64,000 bases of DNA from an uncultured Clostridia bacterium (GTDB lineage: Bacteria > Bacillota > Clostridia > Oscillospirales > Acutalibacteraceae). Position 1 is the first letter of the stretch. Each line of letters starts with the position of its first letter. Shown piece after piece: positions 25,882 to 33,804 of the stretch. The stretch covers positions 8,030-72,029 of the forward strand of contig CALACW010000133.1 of NCBI GenBank assembly GCA_937890355.1, written 5' to 3'. The position numbers and the translations under genes were made by a program. The notes under the pieces were generated by a model. The model saw only the letters and a program-made list of their open reading frames with translations. It made no database searches and had not been told where the DNA came from.

Positions 25882-26655
25882 ATGAGAAAACAAATAGAAG
25901 AACAGTGCATGAGGGCTATAAGTGAATTCTACTGTAACAAAAACTATGATTTTTTTGATATTCTCGAGGACAGGGTTATTTATTTCAGCCCGGGAAAAGA
26001 CTGCTTTATTCAAGGAAAAAAAGAACTGTGCGAATATTTTAAAGAGCTTAATAACAATTTAAAATTCGAAACGGGCAACGCGCACGCAAAACTTATAAAT
26101 TTAAAACCCGGAGTATTTTTAATCCATACAGATCTCGAACTGAAAATCATACATAAAAACGGAAAAGAAAAAATTATAAATCAAAGAATCGCCGTTGCAT
26201 TCAGACAAACAAAAGTTGACGGTATTCTCAGAGATACATGTCCGTATATTCAAGTTTCAAATCTTCTTACCGCAAATGAAGAAAACAAAAATTCCGGATT
26301 TTCATATCCGGATGCGTCATTTGAGTACGAAGCAAAAAAAATGGTTCCGCTTCCCGGAGAAAACGGAACCGTATATTATATAAACAAAAAATCGGTAAAA
26401 TACATAGAAAGTCTAAAAGGCGTAAAATGCATGATTCATACTGATTTTGAAACTTTCACGTCAAATATGCTTATCAAAAATGCGCTCTCGCTTCTAGGCT
26501 GCGGATTTATACGCTGTCATTCAGGATACGCCGTAAATAAGGAGCGGATAAAAAGCATCTCGCCGTATAAACTGACGCTGTATTCCGGCGAAGAAATCCC
26601 CGTCCCCGTAAAAAAATATACCGTACTAAAGAAAACGTTATCGGAATCATTATAA
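25882..26655 (+). CDS. stand-alone LytTR-family DNA-binding regulator with a non-receiver (NTF2/SnoaL-like?) N-terminal domain
   Basis: The C-terminal ~95 aa (VYYINKKSVKYIES..GFIRCHSGYAVNKERIKSISPYKLTLYSGEEIPV) fit the LytTR pattern. The N-terminus has no Asp-pocket receiver motifs. Confidence 0.65.
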   Translation: MRKQIEEQCMRAISEFYCNKNYDFFDILEDRVIYFSPGKDCFIQGKKELCEYFKELNNNLKFETGNAHAKLINLKPGVFLIHTDLELKIIHKNGKEKIINQRIAVAFRQTKVDGILRDTCPYIQVSNLLTANEENKNSGFSYPDASFEYEAKKMVPLPGENGTVYYINKKSVKYIESLKGVKCMIHTDFETFTSNMLIKNALSLLGCGFIRCHSGYAVNKERIKSISPYKLTLYSGEEIPVPVKKYTVLKKTLSESL

Positions 26656-26696
26656 AAAATTGACACTGTCACATCAATGACTCGGTTTCCCATTTT

Positions 26697-27115
26697 TCAA
26701 CGAGTTTTTAAATCGTCCGCGGTATGAAGCCAGTGTTCGCCGTTCTCGATTAAGGTCAGACGGCATTTATTTTCTTTAACAAATTTTTCGACCGTCTCAA
26801 ACGGTATTAATTCGTCTTTTTTCGCGTATAAAACAGAAGTATCTTTGCACAGCGCGCGAACCTTATTCTCCCTTGCATAACAGAGATATGTTTCCAGTTT
26901 CCCTCTGCGTATTCGATAACGTATGACAATTCCTCGGTAACAAACCACGGTTCAAACTTTGCTTCATCCGTTCGTCCGCAGTGCTCCGGCAGATCAACGG
27001 CAAGAGTCTGATAACCGAATTTTTGCGCAATAAAAGAGAACCTCTCGCCCTCTTCTTTATTTCCGCCCTGTCCGTGAATATAAATAAATGATTTATCGCT
27101 TGCCTCGCCGTACAA
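26697..27115 (-). pseudogene. degraded alpha/beta-hydrolase remnant (frameshifted, N-terminus and nucleophile region missing)
   Basis: Two overlapping frames carry the pieces: (L)YGEASDKSFIYIHGQGGNKEEGERF...LAVDLPEHCGRTDE...NWKHISV and ...SVLYAKKDELIPFETVEKFVKENKCRLTLIENGEHWLH. There is no GxSxG segment between them. The upstream frame hits a stop right after the neighbouring gene. Confidence 0.6.
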
Positions 27116-27146
27116 AACGGCGGGAGTTTTTTCTACGTAAAATTAA

Positions 27147-27770
27147 TTATTCATTATTTTTTTTCTCTTTATTACTCAGAATAAAACGCATAAATATTGA
27201 ACCGATAGAATTGAAAACGGTAGAAACAAAAACCAGCTTTATGCACATCAGAAAATCATTCATCGAATCTATGTATAAAACTGAGTACGCCATGTTTGCA
27301 ATGCTGTGTTCAAATCCGCACAGTAAAAACACCGTAACGCCGAAAATAATACCGGCGGTTTTTGAAATGTCGCTCTTTGCCGTCCTGTAATTTTTAACTG
27401 CTAAAAACATTATAATCCCGCAGAAAAAAGAGAGAATCGACATTGATAATATCCCGTTGGAAGTTTTTTGAATCATCACGTTTTCAACGGCGTCTTTGAG
27501 CCCGGGTTTTGCAATGCGAACAATCCCCGCCGCAAAAATACATCCTATCAGATTTCCGACCCATGTCAGAGCACACTCCGACATATTTGACTTATCGATA
27601 AAACCAATTTTACCGGTGTAAAGGTTCATGTTCAGATAACAAATAAAAAACAAGCCTATCGAAAAGAGAACGGAACCGATAACTGCGTTTTCGCACATTA
27701 ATTTTACAACAGCTCCGATTGTAATAAGAACTCCGGCGGAAACTGATTTCTTTATGATATAAAAAAACAT
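27147..27770 (-). CDS. formate/nitrite transporter (FNT) family membrane protein (short form)
   Basis: 207-aa polytopic membrane protein with NLYTGK and GNLIGC motifs typical of FNT channels. Confidence 0.6.
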   Translation of the reverse strand: MFFYIIKKSVSAGVLITIGAVVKLMCENAVIGSVLFSIGLFFICYLNMNLYTGKIGFIDKSNMSECALTWVGNLIGCIFAAGIVRIAKPGLKDAVENVMIQKTSNGILSMSILSFFCGIIMFLAVKNYRTAKSDISKTAGIIFGVTVFLLCGFEHSIANMAYSVLYIDSMNDFLMCIKLVFVSTVFNSIGSIFMRFILSNKEKKNNE

Positions 27771-27842
27771 AAATCGACCTCTTTTTTAATATAGCACTTA
27801 TTTATAATATACATAACTAAAAAAAATAAATATCATTTTATT

Positions 27843-27876
27843 TTTGGGTGTAGTTTGGGTGTAGTTTTTGGGTAAC
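27843..27876. repeat. 2.5 tandem copies of an 11-bp unit TTTGGGTGTAG
   Basis: 27843-27853 equals 27854-27864, followed by the partial copy TTTTTGGGTAAC. It lies ~75-105 nt upstream of the FNT start. Confidence 0.85.
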
Positions 27877-27960
27877 GAGGAATCATCATATACTATTATA
27901 TGACCTAAGGCAATTTAACGCAAGAATCATTTTCGGTAATATTAACTAAAAATATACAAT

Positions 27961-28008
27961 AAAAAAACCGCCAATTGTTGATAATGAACAACAAAAAGCG
28001 GTTTATTT
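27961..28008 (-). terminator. terminator of the tRNA operon
   Basis: Minus strand: AACCGC...GCGGTT stem followed by T7. Confidence 0.6.
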
Positions 28009-28084
28009 TGGCAGGGGCAGAAGGACTTGAACCCTCGGCACGCGGTTTTGGAGACCGCTGCTCTACCAACTGAGCTATACCCCT
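28009..28084 (-). tRNA. tRNA-Trp (anticodon CCA)
   Basis: The reverse complement is AGGGGTATAGCTCAGTTGGTAGAGCAGCGGTCTCCAAAACCGCGTGCCGAGGGTTCAAGTCCTTCTGCCCCTGCCA. It folds as a cloverleaf with anticodon loop CTCCAAA and an encoded CCA end. Confidence 0.95.
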
Positions 28085-28149
28085 ATCTTGCCTTCGCTTT
28101 TGCGAAGACATGTGAAACGCCCGTATGTATACCCCACAACAGTGTTTCA

Positions 28150-28226
28150 TGGTGGACCATCAGGGACTCGAACCCCGGACCGACCGGTTATGAGCCGGTT
28201 GCTCTAACCAACTGAGCTAATGGTCC
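28150..28226 (-). tRNA. tRNA with CAT anticodon (elongator Met or lysidine-modified Ile2; not an initiator)
   Basis: The reverse complement is GGACCATTAGCTCAGTTGGTTAGAGCAACCGGCTCATAACCGGTCGGTCCGGGGTTCGAGTCCCTGATGGTCCACCA. Position 1:72 is paired and there is no GGG/CCC anticodon stem, so it is not tRNA-fMet. The GGACC acceptor resembles Firmicute tRNA-Ile2 as I recall it. Confidence 0.9.
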
Positions 28227-28244
28227 GTTTCACAATGCTTGTAT

Positions 28245-28273
28245 ATTATATCGTTTTATGATGTAATTGTCAA
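28245..28273 (-). promoter_or_regulatory. consensus sigma-A promoter of the tRNA operon
   Basis: Minus strand: TTGACA (28273-28268), 17 nt, TATAAT (28250-28245). Confidence 0.7.
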
Positions 28274-28298
28274 GCATATTTTTTATATTTTTTATTAA

Positions 28299-28421
28299 TT
28301 AATACATGTTTTTGTCCATGTGTGATTTAACCATAACTCTGATAGCTATGGACAGCACGATAAGAGTAACAGCCGCGCCGATATTTGCCGCGGTATTTCT
28401 CTGATTCTTCCTCATTTTCAT
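28299..28421 (-). CDS. 40-aa single-TM peptide translationally coupled (ATGA) to the upstream gene, not in the ORF track
   Basis: MKMRKNQRNTAANIGAAVTLIVLSIAIRVMVKSHMDKNMY. Its ATG overlaps the TGA of the 28418..29161 gene, and GGAGG sits 1 nt upstream of the ATG. Confidence 0.4.
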   Translation of the reverse strand: MKMRKNQRNTAANIGAAVTLIVLSIAIRVMVKSHMDKNMY

Positions 28422-29161
28422 TCCTCCGTAATCGGAATTATACTTCCGACATCATATATTTTTTCATCTGAAAGATAAACCCATTGTACATTATGCAATG
28501 AGCAGAAATTCTCAATTTCGTTTCTGATTAAATCGTCGTATATCCGCCCCGTAAAAGCGAGCAGATTACATCCGAGTTTTCCTGCCGACCCGCCGATGAA
28601 TCCGTATTCGAATCCGTCAAGTCTGACAAAGCCTTTGTCAACAAACAAAACGTCAAGTTTTTCCCTGCATTCGTTGTAAATCGAAATATCATCCGTTATA
28701 ACCGCGCTTTCACTGACAGGTACAACGGAACACTTCGTATATCCCTGCTTAACGTTTAAAATTTCAAAAGAATTTCTCCTGCAATATTCTAACACATCTT
28801 TTCGTACAGTGTCAACATTGCATATCATATATTTTCCTATTATGACGCAGTTAAGCGGACAGTCATACGGATATTCAGCCGAAAGCGAAATATCGCTTTT
28901 AATCAAATTCATTCCGCAAATCGGCTCAATTCCGGTTAAATAATCCGCCTCTTTCGCTATTGCAGAATTGTTATCCCCGAGAGGGAGAAAAACAAGGTCT
29001 GCATGCCTCCGAATACGTTTATCCACATTTTCAACCGGTTTTGTATTTATTATTTCAATGCTGTATTTTTTTAATCCGCGTGCCGTCTCATCCGAAAGTC
29101 CGCCTGCGATAAGCGTTTTAACTTTTTTTTCGGGCAGATTCGCGTTTTTTATATAACTCAT
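28418..29161 (-). CDS. hypothetical protein downstream of radA (possibly a DUF6873-like GME-fold protein)
   Basis: 247-aa soluble ORF overlapping the radA stop by 4 nt. The repetitive beta/alpha pattern (HADLVF, YPYDCPLNC, GYTKCS, GFIGGSAG) recalls the amidinotransferase-like fold. This is a low-certainty family call. Confidence 0.35.
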   Translation of the reverse strand: MSYIKNANLPEKKVKTLIAGGLSDETARGLKKYSIEIINTKPVENVDKRIRRHADLVFLPLGDNNSAIAKEADYLTGIEPICGMNLIKSDISLSAEYPYDCPLNCVIIGKYMICNVDTVRKDVLEYCRRNSFEILNVKQGYTKCSVVPVSESAVITDDISIYNECREKLDVLFVDKGFVRLDGFEYGFIGGSAGKLGCNLLAFTGRIYDDLIRNEIENFCSLHNVQWVYLSDEKIYDVGSIIPITEE

Positions 29162-30525
29162 GTAACTATTGCCTCGAACGCTTTTCTTATCGTTCTGACT
29201 CCTACAACCTGCGCCGACTGCTTTATGCTCTCGGGCAGAGATTTATAATTATGATACGGAATAACAATTCTCTTGAATCCCATTCTGACAGCCTCGCTGA
29301 CACGCTGTTCGGCAGAACTTACAGAACGAATTTCGCCTGCAAGACCGATTTCGCCGAATGCTATAACATCCTCTCTAACGACCATATCCTTAAGCGATGA
29401 AACAAGCGCCAATGCGACTGATAAATCAGAAGCGGGTTCGTCTATTTTCATTCCGCCCGCGACGTTTATATAACAATCGGTATTGGAAAAGAAATAACCG
29501 CACCGTTTTTCGAGTACCGCAATTAACATCGACATTCTGTTATAATCGAAGCCCGTAGACATTCTCCTCGGATTTCCGAATCCCGTAGGCGTAACAAGTC
29601 CCTGAACCTCTGCTAAAATAGGACGGCTGCCCTCCATAACACAAGCGACGCATGTACCCGACGTATTTTTCGGTCTGCCCTCAAGCATCATTTTTGACGG
29701 ATTTTCAACTTCCGACAATCCGTTCGTACCCATTATAAAAACGCCGACCTCGTTTGTCGAGCCGAATCTGTTTTTGACAGCCCTTAATATTCTGCATGTC
29801 AGATTCTTATCGCCCTCAAAATATAGAACGGTATCGACAATATGCTCCATAACCTTAGGACCCGCGATATTTCCATCCTTATTGACATGTCCGACAATGA
29901 ACATGGGGATATCGAGTCCCTTTGCGGTACGCATAAATAAATTCGTACATTCTCTGACCTGCGTAATACTGCCCGCGGAAGATGTAACCTCGGAAATGCT
30001 CATTGTCTGAATCGAATCTATAATAACGACATCGGGCTTTTCGTTTCTGATAACCTCACACACATACTGCGCGTCGGTGTCGCACAGCACAAAAAGATTG
30101 TCTCCGTTAACCTTAAGCCTGTCCGCTCTTAACTTAATCTGTCCGGACGATTCCTCGCCCGAGACATAGAGAACTTTTTTAGTTTTCGAAAGATTATAAC
30201 ATGACTGCAAAAGAATCGTGGACTTACCTATACCGGGGTCTCCGCCTATCAGCACGAGCGAGCCTTTAACAAGTCCCCCGCCCAGTACTCTGTTGAATTC
30301 TTTAATTCCGGTATCGTACCGTATTTCATCAGAACCCGTTATCTCGTTAAGAGTAACGACATTGGCTCTGCCGACCGGAGAATACGCCTGTTTCGACGAC
30401 GAATCGGCTTTAATCTCCTCCTCCATACAGTTCCATTCTCCGCAGTGCGGACACTGACCGTACCATTTCGCACTTTCATATCCGCATTCGGAGCAAATAT
30501 AAACCGTTTTATTCTTCTGCGCCAT
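29158..30525 (-). CDS. radA: DNA repair protein RadA/Sms
   Basis: Zinc finger CSECGYESAKWYGQCPHCGEWN, Walker A GGDPGIGKST, KNRFG motif, and a Lon-like C-terminal domain. ATG 30525 is preferred (GGAGG 8 nt upstream) over the track's TTG at 30540. Confidence 0.95.
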   Translation of the reverse strand: MAQKNKTVYICSECGYESAKWYGQCPHCGEWNCMEEEIKADSSSKQAYSPVGRANVVTLNEITGSDEIRYDTGIKEFNRVLGGGLVKGSLVLIGGDPGIGKSTILLQSCYNLSKTKKVLYVSGEESSGQIKLRADRLKVNGDNLFVLCDTDAQYVCEVIRNEKPDVVIIDSIQTMSISEVTSSAGSITQVRECTNLFMRTAKGLDIPMFIVGHVNKDGNIAGPKVMEHIVDTVLYFEGDKNLTCRILRAVKNRFGSTNEVGVFIMGTNGLSEVENPSKMMLEGRPKNTSGTCVACVMEGSRPILAEVQGLVTPTGFGNPRRMSTGFDYNRMSMLIAVLEKRCGYFFSNTDCYINVAGGMKIDEPASDLSVALALVSSLKDMVVREDVIAFGEIGLAGEIRSVSSAEQRVSEAVRMGFKRIVIPYHNYKSLPESIKQSAQVVGVRTIRKAFEAIVT

Positions 30526-31243
30526 CTGTGTTTCCTCCAAGATAGTTCATAATTCCGTCCGCCGTAAACTGCGCAAGGCTCTGTCTGTATTCGCCGTCTG
30601 CAAGTTTTTTTGATTCCTCCGGATTGGAAAGAAATCCGCATTCGACCATAACCGACGGACGTTCGGCTCGGTATAAAAGATAAATCGAATCGCCGGAAGC
30701 CTTAATTTGTCTCGTATTATCCGGCTGTAATCCAGAAACAACCGCGGACTGTATACACTGCGCAAGAATCCGGCTCTCGTCATTATTCGCCGAGTAAAAA
30801 ACCTGCGTTCCGCTGTATTTTGTCTCTTCGTAAAAATTCTGATGGATGCTGACAAGTATTGAACCCGGAGTTTCGTTTACAATGGCAAATCTGTTATGAA
30901 TATCAGATACTTTCTTTTCTCTGACACTCGAACATCCCGGATCGGATATATCCGTATCTGTACTGCGAACCAATAGCGTATTAACGCCCTTTTGAGTCAA
31001 AATATCGTTTAATTTCAGTGCGATATCAAGATTTACATCTTTTTCGAGCAGACCGTCGGCCGATACGGAACCTGGGTCTACTCCCCCGTGCCCGGCATCG
31101 ATAACAACCGTTACATCGGAGCCTCGTCCGCTTACACCGAGAACGGCGTTTCGTTTTATATACATAACCGCGGATAAAAAGGAGAAACAAACTGTCAGCA
31201 TAACCGTTAATGCTATAAGATTTTTTAGTTTCAAGCATATCAC
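30509..31243 (-). CDS. cwlD: N-acetylmuramoyl-L-alanine amidase (Amidase_3), CwlD-like
   Basis: N-terminal TM segment, VVIDAGHGGVDPG, LEKDVNLDIA, SIHQN, ECGFLSNPEE. An alternative TTG start at 31234 follows GAGGTGA. Confidence 0.6.
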   Translation of the reverse strand: MICLKLKNLIALTVMLTVCFSFLSAVMYIKRNAVLGVSGRGSDVTVVIDAGHGGVDPGSVSADGLLEKDVNLDIALKLNDILTQKGVNTLLVRSTDTDISDPGCSSVREKKVSDIHNRFAIVNETPGSILVSIHQNFYEETKYSGTQVFYSANNDESRILAQCIQSAVVSGLQPDNTRQIKASGDSIYLLYRAERPSVMVECGFLSNPEESKKLADGEYRQSLAQFTADGIMNYLGGNTDGAEE

Positions 31244-31281
31244 CTCATATAATGATATGCCGGACGCTTATTTGCTTATTC

Positions 31282-31316
31282 TAAAAAGACAAAGTCCGCC
31301 ATAATAATGACGGACT
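31282..31316 (-). terminator. terminator after small peptide C
   Basis: AGTCCGCC / GACGGACT hairpin (one mismatch) followed by a T-rich run on the minus strand. Confidence 0.55.
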
Positions 31317-31336
31317 CACGTGTCAAAAAGATAAGA

Positions 31337-31462
31337 TTAACCTGCGTACTTATCCAATGTCTTGGAGATAGTCTCGCTGATAGCGTCATCAAAAACGCCG
31401 AGTTTAGCAAGCATCTTTACTATCTTAAGTACCATTTTTAAAATCCAAAATACTCCGCCCAT
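31337..31462 (-). CDS. 41-aa leaderless amphipathic/cationic peptide C, not in the ORF track
   Basis: AGGAG sits 8 nt upstream of the ATG. Translation is MGGVFWILKMVLKIVKMLAKLGVFDDAISETISKTLDKYAG. It has its own promoter and terminator. Confidence 0.55.
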   Translation of the reverse strand: MGGVFWILKMVLKIVKMLAKLGVFDDAISETISKTLDKYAG

Positions 31463-31499
31463 TGTACAAAACTCCTTTTTATTTATTATTTATATATCT

Positions 31500-31528
31500 A
31501 TTATACACACATACATTTAATAAATCAA
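31500..31528 (-). promoter_or_regulatory. sigma-A-type promoter of peptide C
   Basis: Minus strand: TTGATT (31528-31523), 17 nt, TATAAT (31505-31500). Confidence 0.6.
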
Positions 31529-31573
31529 TACTTTTTTTGCCGAAAAGTTCAATTAATATTTTAACAATATGCT

Positions 31574-32287
31574 TTATTTTGAAAGTTTGGTAACAGGTTC
31601 GGAAAATTCGATTCCGTGAGTGTCAACCGTAATGCTCTTGATAACAACATCTTTTAAAGGTTTATCGTTCGCATCTTTTTCAACGTCGGCTATTTTATCG
31701 ACTACGTCCATACCGCTCGTGACCCTGCCGAACGCAGCATACTGACCGTCAAGATAAGTCGAATCAGCCTGGCAGATAAAGAACTGACTGCCCGCCGTAT
31801 CATAACCCGAGCTTCTCGCCATGGAAACGGTGCCTCTCGTATGGCTTAAGTTATTAGCGGTTCCGTTATACGCAAACTCGCCCTTAATCGAGTATCCGGG
31901 ACCTCCGGTTCCTACGCCCTTGGGGTCACCGCCCTGTATCATGAAATCTTTTATAACGCGATGAAATATAAGTCCGTCATAGAATCCGGAATTGGCAAGG
32001 AATATAAAATTCTCAACAGTATTCGGAGCCTTGTCATAATAAAGCTCTACGACAATCTTTCCGCCGTCAGCCATTTTAATAGTAGCCGTGGGATTCTCCT
32101 TAACGGCAATCTTCGTCTCGGGTTCGGACAGCGAACCTTTCGGAACGTCTATTGTCGAGTAGATATCAAACGTATTCTCACCCGATTCGGGTTCTTTTGT
32201 ATCGTCGTTTGCTTCTGACTTTGAACATGAGGCAAACGCAAAAATCAGAATTACGGCTGATAATAATGCTATGATTTTCTTAGTCAT
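31574..32287 (-). CDS. cyclophilin-type peptidyl-prolyl cis-trans isomerase, lipoprotein
   Basis: Lipobox IFAFASC after MTKKIIALLSAV, plus FHRVIKDFMIQGGDP and SMARS..TAGSQFFI. ATG 32287 has GGAG 10 nt upstream. Confidence 0.9.
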   Translation of the reverse strand: MTKKIIALLSAVILIFAFASCSKSEANDDTKEPESGENTFDIYSTIDVPKGSLSEPETKIAVKENPTATIKMADGGKIVVELYYDKAPNTVENFIFLANSGFYDGLIFHRVIKDFMIQGGDPKGVGTGGPGYSIKGEFAYNGTANNLSHTRGTVSMARSSGYDTAGSQFFICQADSTYLDGQYAAFGRVTSGMDVVDKIADVEKDANDKPLKDVVIKSITVDTHGIEFSEPVTKLSK

Positions 32288-33662
32288 TTGTTTCGGTCTC
32301 CTTTTTTTCTTTTCCCTCAAAACCCTCCGTACTCTCCTTCATAAACATAACCTTTATAGTCTGAAGGATGAGCTTAAAGTCAAGGAAAAACGTAAAATTA
32401 TTTATGTACATTAAATCGAGAACAAGTTTGTCGTACGGAGTCGTATTATACTTGCCCATTATCTGAGCAAATCCCGTAAGTCCCGCTTTAACCTTAGTTC
32501 GGTATTTAAATTCGGGTACCTGTTTCGTGTACATTTCGTGATGTTCAACGCGCTCGGGTCTGGGACCTACAACGGACATATCGCCTTTTAATATATTAAA
32601 AAGCTGGGGAAGTTCGTCGAGTCTTAATTTTCTTATAACCCTGCCGACCTTTGTGATTCTCGGGTCCCTGTCCGTCGTGGGTATAACCTCTCCGTTTTTC
32701 TCCGCGTCGACAATCATGCTTCTGAATTTATAGATTTCAAAAACTTTTTCGTTAATCGTAACGCGTTTCTGTTTAAACAGAACGGGGCCGTGATCTTCAA
32801 GTTTTATAGCAACAGCGATAATTGCAAGAAGAGGTGAAAAAACTATTATTCCTAAAATTGAAAGGAAAATATCACATGTACGTTTTATAATTCTCTGCTC
32901 TTCGGTAAGTCCTGTATTACGGCAGAACAACAGCGGAGAGTCGAACTGGTGAATTTCCTCGGCGCCTCTTATAAATATATCGGAAATGCGGGGCGGGAGA
33001 TAAACATCGATATTATTAACGTAACAGAATTTAAGTATATCGTTTCTCTCTTTGCTCGGAACACGGCTGATAACAACAGCCTCATAGCGTTTAATAGACT
33101 CATAAACTTCTTCGAGATTGCCGTCAAATAATTCAGTATCGGGCTTTAAAAGTATCGATTCGCATATAAGATACTGGTCGGTACGGCTCACAAGCTTATA
33201 AATGAGATCCTGCGCCTGGTGGTCTCCGTAAACCAATATAATCCGCTTTGGCGGGAATATTTTATTGATAACCGCCGACGCGGTAAACGTCCATAAAACC
33301 GAGATGCAAACATTAATCACCGTCAGTATCAGAATAGGCCACGCCGATACGAACGCTCTGTGTATAAGACTTATCTGCAAATACGCAACAAAATTAACGA
33401 TAAGCACGGATATGCTTTGGGAAAGTATGATATTCGAACGCGTGTGATATCCGATTTTCAGCGCGTCGAGAATGTTAAACGTAACAAGGAGTATAACAAA
33501 ATATATAGCAACAAGCAAATCGCCGCCGGTCGCAAGCGGAGCCTTCAAAACTCTGTTATACATACCGAATAAAATATAAGCAAACGCTCCGGTCTGCAAT
33601 GCTAATATAAGAACGGAAAAAAACGCCTTTACGGCATGTCCGAATTTTTTTCTTAGGGGCAA
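32280..33662 (-). CDS. polyprenyl-phosphate hexose-1-phosphate transferase (WbaP/EpsL-type exopolysaccharide priming enzyme)
   Basis: N-terminal TM bundle and a central linker. The C-terminal bacterial sugar transferase domain reads KRTCDIFLSILG...FKQKRVT..FEIYKFRSM..DPRITKVGRVIRKLRLDELPQLFNILKGDMSVVGPRPE. A TTG start has GGAGG 8 nt upstream. Confidence 0.85.
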   Translation of the reverse strand: MPLRKKFGHAVKAFFSVLILALQTGAFAYILFGMYNRVLKAPLATGGDLLVAIYFVILLVTFNILDALKIGYHTRSNIILSQSISVLIVNFVAYLQISLIHRAFVSAWPILILTVINVCISVLWTFTASAVINKIFPPKRIILVYGDHQAQDLIYKLVSRTDQYLICESILLKPDTELFDGNLEEVYESIKRYEAVVISRVPSKERNDILKFCYVNNIDVYLPPRISDIFIRGAEEIHQFDSPLLFCRNTGLTEEQRIIKRTCDIFLSILGIIVFSPLLAIIAVAIKLEDHGPVLFKQKRVTINEKVFEIYKFRSMIVDAEKNGEVIPTTDRDPRITKVGRVIRKLRLDELPQLFNILKGDMSVVGPRPERVEHHEMYTKQVPEFKYRTKVKAGLTGFAQIMGKYNTTPYDKLVLDLMYINNFTFFLDFKLILQTIKVMFMKESTEGFEGKEKKETETND

Positions 33663-33741
33663 CTCTTTCGCCTCCGGTCTGAATGTGTCGCGTCCATTAT
33701 ATACTATTTTTTCCTGTTAGTCAATATAAACATATAAATAT

Positions 33742-33780
33742 TAAAAAATCACCCGACATATAGCGGATATGTCAGGTGAT
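33742..33780 (-). terminator. terminator of the GPH transporter gene
   Basis: 14-bp stem ATCACCTGACATAT / ATATGTCGGGTGAT (minus-strand reading) followed by T6. Confidence 0.8.
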
Positions 33781-33804
33781 ACATTCATATTGAATTAAAA
33801 AAGT

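Noticed and set aside
27905-28215. ORFs 27905..28150 (-) and 28027..28215 (+).
   Set aside because: They overlap the tRNA-Trp and tRNA-CAT genes, so the 'proteins' are translations of tRNA sequence.
30339-31238. Arg-rich alternative-frame ORFs (30339..30641, 30547..30855, 31026..31238) overlapping radA and cwlD.
   Set aside because: The highly basic nonsense-like translations lie out of frame within well-supported genes.
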